From Diplonema japonicum (taxonomy: Eukaryota; Protista; Euglenozoa: Diplonemea): a DNA stretch of 64,000 nucleotides. The number at the start of each line of letters is the position of its first letter. Positions within the stretch are counted from its first letter, which is position 1. The stretch spans positions 1-64,000 of the forward strand of contig OZ025702.1 of the NCBI GenBank assembly GCA_964019335.1. Direction: 5' to 3'. Positions 1 through 8,418 of the stretch are shown in pieces. A model generated the notes under the pieces. It worked only from the letters and a program-made list of their open reading frames with translations, made no database searches and had not been told where the DNA came from. Both the position numbers and the translations under genes were made by a program.

Positions 1-1291
1 CAATGCACCTCCTGGTGCACAATATACAAAAGGAAAAAAAAAAAAAAAAAAAAAAAAAACTTTTATCTTCTTTTTCAGGTGGTGGGGATAACATGAAAAT
101 ATAAGAAAAACATCAGATGTGTTGTTCACTGTTGACCTCCTCATCTGTCATCACTGAGCAAACCACACAAGCACAGAATCTTGGTTACCTGGGGGGTGCC
201 CTGGCTGGGGTTGAGCTGGACACAGAATGCAGAAGAAGCTACAACCCAGCCATCCAGCCATCGTGATTAAGGAAATGACATGGAACACAAAAGCTACAAC
301 TCAGCCATGGTGATGACACAATGCAGAAGAAGCTACAACCCAGCCGTGGTGGTTAAGGAAATGACACGGAATGCAAGAAGTTACAACCTGGCTGCAGTGA
401 TTAAGGGCACAATGTGGAATGCAGAAGAAGCTACATCCTGGCCGCAGTGATTAAGGAAACGATGCAGAACACAGAAGAAGCTACAACTCAGCTGTGGTGT
501 GCCCCTGTAATCAAGTAGACAGTTCTTGTGCAGGGTGCTGCCAACACCAGCCTCCTTTAACTCATATATTTATCTCCTATATATTATTTTCAGGTGGGGG
601 GACAATATGAAAATATGTGCAACAAACAGGCAGTGTGATGCAGGGGTTGAGCTGTACATTGCACACATTAGGGGCCATGGTGCTGAAAGCAAGGAACCGA
701 TCTGTTTACACAGGTTGTATAAACACACACCCTCCTCTTATACATATTATTTATTATTTCCCCCCTTTTCTATTACATCCAAATACAACATTTGATGTGG
801 AAAGCAGAAACAACAGCTTGGCTTAGGTGTGTGAAAAAATGTGAGAAGACAAGAAAAAAAGAAGGAAAAAAAAAGAAAAGGTAAACACATCATGTATGTC
901 AAAAAAAAATCAAGGATTTTTTTCCCCATTTTTTTTCAAAGGGAAAAAAAAAAAAAAAAAAAAAGTTGCAAAACTATCAAAAATAATGACAGTGTTGGGG
1001 AGAGTCCTGTGAGTCCTGTTGAGTCCCATCCTGTGGAGTCCTATGAGTCCCTCCAGGCCTGTATTCCGTTTTAGGGGATGGGATGGGACTGACCAACACT
1101 GTCCCTGAGTCCCCTCCAGTCCCCTGAGTCCCCTCCAGACCCTGAAAATTTCAGGGGACTCCTGTCCTGTCCCTTGGAGTCCCCTGAGTCCCTCAAGGGT
1201 CTGGACCAACACTGTGCACACTGAAATTTTATTGTTTTTTTTTTTTCTTCTTTTTTTTTTTTGTATATTGTTCACCAGGAGGTGCACATTG
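1..1291. repeat. Inverted repeat pair (1-~59 and ~1233-1291) bracketing ~1.3 kb; possible non-autonomous element or foldback
   Basis: 1-29 caatgcacctcctggtgcacaatatacaa is followed by poly-A. The reverse complement of 1261-1291 is caatgtgcacctcctggtgaacaatatacaa, and that copy is preceded by poly-T on the + strand. The left arm may extend beyond the window. Confidence 0.6.
226..499. repeat. Minisatellite, six degenerate ~50-bp units
   Basis: Units start at ~226, 284, 320, 370, 418 and 468 with core aaYRcagaagaagctacaacc...gtgattaaggaaa. Confidence 0.9.
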
Positions 1292-2477
1292 TGACACCTG
1301 CTTTTCCCTGTGCAGTATAGTGGTACATGTTATAAAACACGTGCTGTGTTGTGCACCCTGTGTTGCATACATCATGTGTGTCGAAAATTTGCAGTGTTGG
1401 GGTGGTTTGTGGGCCAGACCTCAGACCACCAGTCTGGCCAACATTGCCCATCCAACCCTTTTTTTACTTTTTTTTTTTTTTTTTGCATTGTTCTTTTCTT
1501 GCAAAGGCCTCTTTTTAATATTTTTTTCAAAGCAGGTCTCCAAACCCCCTGACATTTTTTTTTTTTTTTTTTTTTTTTACATAGTCACAACAAGGTAGTA
1601 TGAGCCTTGCCTCACATCCCACCCAAACCTAGGACCTCTTTTTTTGAACCTTTGAAACCAAAAGTACCAAAAAAATGCAAGCCCCAGCCTAAATGCAAGC
1701 CCCAGCCTAAATTTAGGCCTTTGTGACACAAAGAAATTTTTTGGTCCTAAGAGTCCCCTGAGTCCCCTCCAGACCCCTGAAAATTTCAGGGGACTCCTGT
1801 CCTGTCCCTTGGAGTCCCCTGAGTCCCTCAAGGGTCTGGACCAACACTGTTCCTAAAGTGATTTTTGAAAAAAAATTTTCAGTCCAAGTGGGGTTAAAAC
1901 TTTCCATTGGCTGTTCAGAATTCCATTTTTGGGACAAAATTGGGTGTTCAAAAAAAAATTATTTTTTGCCCTCCCAGTGTTGTCATGAGGATGAGTTACC
2001 CCCCTGAGATTTTCGGATTTTTACTTACTTTTTACTTCAGAATATAGTTTAGAGATGTGTATTCCACCTAAACACCTTTCTGAACTTTTTGGTTTGCAGA
2101 AATGGGTTTTTAAGGTGTTTTTAATATAAATTTCATGATTTCTGGCTATTTCCAGAAAAAAAATTTTGGGGTCAAAAATAGCCAAAGTGACCCCAAGTTT
2201 GGGGTCCCCTGGGAAAAAAAAATTTTTTTTTTTGGCCAAAAATTTCCAAAAAAGTCTGTTTTGAGGGTGCTAAATGTGTGAGGGTCCCTAGAAAAAAAAA
2301 TTTTTTTTGCCCCCCCAGCCCCCCCACCCCCCTGTGCCCCCCCGCCCCCCTGGGTTTTTTCCCATAACAACACTGCTATGCATACTACAGAGCCCTTCTG
2401 AGGTGCTGTAGCAACACTGTACAATTTTTTTTTTGTCCTGCATTTCCTGTGTTTGTAAATTTCTCATAACAACACTG
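990..2477. mobile_element. Nest of putative non-autonomous hAT-like DNA transposon fragments (CAGTGTTG termini)
   Basis: CAGTGTTG at 990, 1392 and 1975; CAACACTG ending at 1101, 1214, 1849, 2375, 2419 and 2477. The pair 1975-1989 / 2463-2477 is a 14/15 inverted match. No TSD or transposase seen. Confidence 0.45.
1118..1850 (+). repeat. ~98-bp near-identical direct repeat (1118-1215 and 1752-1850) with gagtcccct subrepeats and an internal palindrome
   Basis: Both copies read agtcccctgagtcccctccagacc(c)ctgaaaatttcaggggactcc...ggaccaacactgt and differ by one indel. Confidence 0.9.
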
Positions 2478-3032
2478 CTGTCAGGTCCCCCAGGTCCTTC
2501 AGCTTTGCTTCTGTCTCAGAAAGGTGATTGGGGTTGGTTGAGGTAACCTCTACAAAGCGGTACACTCGTTCATCCACAGTTTTGGGAGGGAAGTGGAAAA
2601 TGATTCCAGGCTCCTGCTCATATACACAAGCAGCTGCAACCCCAGGAATGACACCAACAATTGTACCATCCCAAGCCACTGCCTCATCAGTTGCAGTTGG
2701 TATCGTGTTTTTACCACTGGTTTCCCAAAAGAATACTTTAAATGTACTGCCAATGCCTCCCCCCCTTTTTTTTCTTTCTCCTACCTTTGCCACTGATGAA
2801 CTGCAACATCATGAGAAAGCCCAGTTTTCTTCTGGGTGCAGGTTAAAGTAGGGCCACATTTGGGTTTTTGACTGAGTAGTTCTTCAATGTTAGTAGTGGT
2901 GCATGGCTTCGAGGAGGAAGATGAAGACGAACAGGAACCAGTACTGTTGCTCCTTTTTCTTTTCTTCTTCTCGTTGTTGTTGTTGTTGTTGTCGTCTCTC
3001 AGTACCTGTGTAACATCTTTTCTTGTAGACAT
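2464..3032 (-). CDS. Small hypothetical protein (~176 aa), 2 exons (3032-2785, 2746-2464); possibly truncated or element-associated
   Basis: A 38-nt GTAG...GCAG intron (2784-2747) joins ORFs 2781-3044 and 2464-2793 in frame (HQWQ-S-TFKVFFW). ACAG lies directly before the ATG at 3032. The stop codon falls inside the CAGTGTTG terminal repeat. Confidence 0.5.
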
Positions 3033-3097
3033 CTGTTTATACATTTGAACTCCACAGCAAAAAAAAAGGGGGGGTGTGGTGTTGTGGTTGTATCTTG

Positions 3098-3199
3098 TCC
3101 GGTCCGGTTCAGTCCAGTCCAGCGGTCCGGTCTGGTCCAGTCTGGCATAATTGGGTCGAAATTCACACTGGATCCGGTCTGGTCCGGTCCAGTCTGGTC
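3098..3199. repeat. TCCGG/TCTGG/TCCAG pentamer microsatellite in the divergent intergenic region
   Basis: tccgg tccgg ttcag tccag tccag ... tccgg tctgg tccag tctgg, in two blocks. Confidence 0.8.
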
Positions 3200-3589
3200 T
3201 TGTCCTAATTAGGATTCACCCTACTACATGAATAGAAGTAAAAATTCTGCTTACAGTACTTGGTGGAAAAAAGTTATTTGCTTACCGTGAACAGTGTTTT
3301 TCTCAAAAAAAAAAAAAAAAAAAAAAAACTAAAAGAACATGAATGGAAAGAGAGAAGGATAAGATGAAGAGGTGAATGACAGTGTTCGTGAGATATTCAT
3401 GAAAATCAAGTTCAACAGCAGGTCACAAGGTCTACCTGGACCTGGGTATATTTTAATGTTGACAAATACCATCGTATCTATATGTTGTTATCTTCTTTTC
3501 TTTTTCTCGATGATTTTTCTTTGTTTTGCAAGTCATTTTAAAGTATAAAGTATTGGCTGGTGTTTATTTTAAATTGCATTTCAGGAGGA

Positions 3590-6100
3590 ATGAGTGCAGA
3601 TGGAACATCGAAAACACTGCCTGGGCAGCAATACCCTGGTGCTCCTATGAACAACCCATATGTGAATTCTCAACAAGCACCCCCACCACAGCACAATCCA
3701 TATCAGCAGCAAGGCCAGTACCCACAACAAGGCCATCCCCCACCGCAAGGCCAATACCCACCGCAAAACCCACATGTGCAGCCATCAGCACCGTATGCAA
3801 ACCCTGCGGACGAAGTGTCTCTCGGTCCCGCTTCGGTTGAGAAGTTGATGTTAAACAGCAACCCTGAAAAGCCTTCAATAGTTACAGTTCATAATACACA
3901 AACAGGCACGAATGCCTATTTGGATAGCTTGAAGATCCATACTGACATCCACATGGCAACAGCATTTGTTACACTTAAAGGTCTTGTGCAAATCCCTCAA
4001 AACGGCACAATGGATGGATGGGCTTTGATGACACCAATGTCAGAAGACGGGACAGTGACAGGATGCACCATTCACAGAAACCCAGGTGGTAGGGGGCCAT
4101 TGCCGGAAATGTACTTCGAGGCTGTTGTGACAGACAGCAGTGCAGTGAAATCGTCACCCGAAGCAAACAATCCGTACTCAGAGTACGACCCCAATGTGTC
4201 CACGATCCCTTTCCAAGCTGGGCCCAACGATGTAATTGCTTTCACGATTAGCTACTTCGAGCCTCTGGTTTACACCCACAGCACCTTTACATACTCCCTC
4301 GCTGTGCCTTTGCTTGGAAGCCGCGTTGCTGAACGATACATCCCCCTCCTTCGTCCAGGTGTCGTTCTCAGCCAGATTGTGTACATCACCTGCAACCTGA
4401 GTGGTGATGGAATTATCTGGCAGCCTAACGCAAACTCGATTCCTCTCGACAGGGTTGGAGACGTGTACCACAACTCGCAATGGTTGCAGTCACTTCCTGG
4501 GAACTGGGAGCACAGAGACCTGTTCATTAGCTACTCGATAGTCGGGCAATCAATCTCCGGTTGCTGTTTGCTGGAAGATTCAAACGAAAACCTTGCTGTC
4601 CCTCCTGGCATCCCCAGCGAGTCCGCAGACATGTCTCAGACGTGTAAAGGGTTCAACCCTTATCCTGATAGTACAAACATGGCAATCATCCTCAACCCCC
4701 CGTCCAAGCCTTCTGAACAGACGGGTCTCTATGCACGTGATTTTGTTTATGTAGTCGACAGGTCAGGTTCCATGTCAGGTGGATATCTGCAAGCAGCTAA
4801 GAACGCGTTGTGCATTGCCATCGATGACTTAAAGCATGCGACACCAACTTTCCCTGGAGATAAATTTTGTGTTATACTCTTTGATCACGAGATGGAAATC
4901 TTGGTTCCTATGCAGCCTGCCAACCCTGGTTCCTTAAGCTCAGCCAAAACTGCGATCCATGCTGTGCAGGCGAGAGGCACGACCTCGATGGCAGGCCCAA
5001 TAAGAGAAGCTTTTCGCATCCTTGAAGGTTCTATGAACGCCCTTCCGTTCATTGTTTTGGTATGCCCTTTTACGTCTTCTTTGTATCAACTATTCGCAGA
5101 TCACCGACGGCTGTGTTCATGATGAAGCGGAAATAGTCAAGAGCACAACAAGCTCTTACAACTCCCTTACTCAAAGGCATGTCAGGCTTGTACCTCGTAT
5201 CCTAACATTTGGCATCGGGAAATACTGTAACACTTTCTTCTTGAAAATGATGTCCACAATAGGCAGGGGACACAGCAGCACTGCTATCAACGTGTCAGGA
5301 AAGGATGGACCCAAGCTTATCGCATGGAGAATGGAGAGGTTGATCTCGATGGCCACTGGTCCGATACTCACGAACATCATCGTGAAAGACCGCAACGGTG
5401 TGGAACTGAACGCGCAGATAACTCCGTACCCTGTTCCTGACTTAACGTGTGGGTCTGCCGTGATGGTTTCTGGCCGTGTCCCTATCAGTCAGGTCCCTGA
5501 CACCATCATTGTTGAAGGCATCATGTGGAATGGAAGCCCCTTCTCACTTCCGGTTACACCACAGCGCACCTATGCCCCAATCCAGAAGGTCTTCACACGA
5601 CGTCAGCTCGATGCTCTTGTCGCACGCATGTGGATGGAGAGACAGCTCTCCAACAATTCGGAAGCAGATAAGCTCCAAGGCCAGGCTGTGCAACTGTCAA
5701 CTTCAACAGGCGTCCCATGTCCTGTTACGAGGTATGTGCTGCTTTGCCAATCGACCACAATATCAGCGTTGTTGCCGTTCCGATGACCCCGCAGCAACAT
5801 CAGAAGTATCAGCAAGACCATACCGCAGCCAAAACGCAAAAAGACCGGTCGAAAACCAACGCGCTACTAGTCGGAGCAGCTGTCGGTGGAGTGGTGATTG
5901 GTGCTTGCTTAGTAGGTGCCATTGCCTTTGGTTTAACAGACAATTTGCTTCCGGACGTCTTGAGCGGAGGAGGCTTCGGTGGTGGTAGTATACCTGTGGG
6001 TGATGATGGCTGCTGTGATTGCTGTGGAGATTGTGACTGTGACTGTGACTGTGATGGTTGCGGCGACTGCGACTGTGATGGTTGCGGAGATCTCTGCTAG
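3590..6100 (+). CDS. VIT-like + vWA (ITIH/vWA5-like) protein with P/Q/Y-rich N-terminus, C-terminal hydrophobic segment and Cys/Asp-rich tail, ~811 aa; exons 3590-5059, 5100-5731, 5767-6100
   Basis: MIDAS motif VVDRSGSM, GTT, and IVL|ITDG restored by a 40-nt intron (5060-5099). RILTFGIG motif present. A 35-nt intron (5732-5766) joins the last exon. Confidence 0.88.
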
Positions 6101-6496
6101 TGCAGCACTGTGGACAACAAGCAAGATGTGTAAGAGTCTGTTGTGCCACCAGAGCCTTTTTGTAACTTAATTGTCTTCGGTTGGTTTCTTATTTGCTTGT
6201 TTTGGTCTTTTAGTGTTGCACCCCTCTTTTTTTCTTGCACTCTTGCTCATCCACTTTGTGCACAATAGATATACTTTTCGAGTAACAATTACTTTGTTTT
6301 CTGCTTCTCTCTATTGAAGGGCTTGGCCAACACACGTCACGTCTCGGGCACCTGCAAATACGAGCCAAGGAAATCAAAACAGCTTTTGTTTGTTTGTTTT
6401 TTGTTTATAGCAATACCTACTTGAACCGCGTCTAAACTTGCGTAAGGAATTGGTGAATTTCGGAGAAAAATTAAAAATTCGGGTTTGGAACTTTTT

Positions 6497-6774
6497 CCCT
6501 TGAAGGACGAGGAATTAGGCCAAAAAAGCAGAGAAATAAGCGAGCACTTGTTTCAAAAGACAAGATTCAAGCATCCTCGAGCATGCAGCCTACAAAAGAA
6601 AGCCAGGCCATTGGTGAACACGCTCTAAGATTGTCTAGTCTTGCAGATTGGTGTGGAGACATTTACCATTTTCTTTTTAAAAGTATGAACTCTTTTATGA
6701 TTGGCTAAACCCAGTTTTGCCGGTCAACTAGTAGAACACGGACCATTTTTCGGTGCCCGTCCTTTAAGGGTTAA
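6497..6774. mobile_element. Candidate piggyBac-like MITE (~274 bp)
   Basis: cccttgaaggacg (6497-6509) and cgtcctttaaggg (6758-6770) are a 12/13 inverted match. TTAA follows the right end (6771-6774), but the left flank is TTTT. Confidence 0.35.
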
Positions 6775-7158
6775 TGAGTTTAAACATGTTGAATTGCCCC
6801 CCCCCCCCCCCCCCCATGGGGGTCAAAAGGTACGCAAAGTGATGCAAAAGTAATTTTCTTTTGATTTGAAATCACCCGCCTCGTGGGGACCAGTACGGCG
6901 ACTTGGAATGCTGTGCACCATGCAAGTACATAGGACACAGGGAAGCCTTCTCAGCAGCAGTAGAGCGTGGTACATGTTCGTGACATTCGACATTCTTTGA
7001 AACTGGAAAGGAAATGGTTTTGCGATCACCCTTTTTGACCCCTCCCTGCCCCCGCTTTCTCTTAAGTAGCTTTCCATTTTCCTTTTGGTATTCTCTTACT
7101 TGTCCCTATTCTTCTTTTACATGTTTCGCACCTATTATTCACCCTGCCAGTGTTGATA

Positions 7159-8004
7159 ATGAGAGTGTTTTCGGGCGCCGTGGTTGACTTTGCGTTTGCT
7201 AAGGAAGACAGGTGGCTCGCCATTGAAGACGAAGATGACTGGAAGTTGTATGGTGTTCTCGACGGTCATGGTGGCAAGCAGGCTGTCGATAGGATCACGA
7301 GGGAGCTCCCTGAGATGCTGTTTGGTGCCGTGAGAGCCGCTGGTGTAGACGAAAGGTGGGAACATAGCGTGTCAGCCAATATCGTCAGCTGCTTTGAGAG
7401 ACTTGAGAACTTAATCTTCTCAGAAATTGAGGATGACTCCGGTGCCTGCATCACAATAGTCCTTGTTCCTTGCGACGCAGACTTTCCTGCGTTAGTGATC
7501 AACTTGGGCGACTGCAGAGCTGTGCGCGTCACACCTGAAGGGCTACTCAGCGCATTGACAAAAGACCATCACTTGCACACGAACGATGCGGAAAAGCAAC
7601 GGATCCATGCCTTGGGGTACACGCCAGTGGGCAACAGGGTGGCAGGCCTCGAGCCCACAAGAACTATAGGAGATGCTGACGTCAAGACGAAGGTGCCCGC
7701 AGGCGTCGTGTCGTGCATCCCTGAGATATACTTCTACGAGCTTGACACTGATTGCAATACACATGAACCCAAGAAGGGGAAAAAAAAACATCAGTCATCT
7801 GCACCGTCAACACTGTTGGTGCTTGCAACTGACGGTGTTTGGGGGACCATCGATGGCTCTGCTGTCGGGATGGCAGCTAGGCGCTCACTCTTCAAAAAAG
7901 CCAAACCAAGCCCAAATGCTTCTGCAAGAGCTGTCACGGAGTTAGCAAGGCTTCGAGGGTCTGTCGATGACATCACTACTCTTGTGCTATATATCGAGCC
8001 ATAG
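7159..8004 (+). CDS. Protein phosphatase 2C (PPM family)
   Basis: Motifs ED, YGVLDGHGG, NLGDCRAV, KDH, TRTIGD, LATDGVW and DDIT. Confidence 0.93.
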   Translation: MRVFSGAVVDFAFAKEDRWLAIEDEDDWKLYGVLDGHGGKQAVDRITRELPEMLFGAVRAAGVDERWEHSVSANIVSCFERLENLIFSEIEDDSGACITIVLVPCDADFPALVINLGDCRAVRVTPEGLLSALTKDHHLHTNDAEKQRIHALGYTPVGNRVAGLEPTRTIGDADVKTKVPAGVVSCIPEIYFYELDTDCNTHEPKKGKKKHQSSAPSTLLVLATDGVWGTIDGSAVGMAARRSLFKKAKPSPNASARAVTELARLRGSVDDITTLVLYIEP

Positions 8005-8418
8005 ATGCTGGCCCCAGACCTGCACCTGCTGAGACACTGAACCAGCACTAATAGTGACTGGTGTCCGAATAATTGAGTGCGTACCTTGTTCAATTTCGAA
8101 ATTGACACCAATAATGTTCTATATCCCACCACTATAGTTTAGCTGCCTTCATCAACATAGTAACCTTCCCAAGATCTTGAGGAACCTGCTACTAGTTTGC
8201 ACCACACTAGCTATTAGGCATATGTTCTCACCTATATGGACAGGCTGTCCGCTTCACAGAGAAAATGCCTGATAAGTTCATCCATTAGTTAATAGATCAC
8301 TCGCATCATGGACGGGAGTCTCTCCTATTTCTACTTATACCACGGCATGGCGGATGTGCTGCTAGAATTTAAGAATCTCTCTATTTTTTGTTTCATAGAT
8401 GAAAGCTATCACAGGGGG

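Noticed and set aside
226-499. CRISPR-like regular repeats
   Set aside because: Whole units are homologous with no unique spacers, there are no cas genes, and the context is eukaryotic.
526-2424. Short ORFs in the repeat patch
   Set aside because: They are poly-K/poly-F translations of homopolymers and repeats, with no protein-like signal.
1-3300. Telomeric/subtelomeric array or autonomous transposase
   Set aside because: No TTAGGG tandem array and no DDE, RT or integrase motifs seen.
8308-8418. Upstream ATG extension of the WD40 gene (similarly 32918-33079 and 35009-35215)
   Set aside because: These extensions cross T-rich spacer sequence upstream of the likely AG acceptor, so the downstream ATGs fit the local pattern better.
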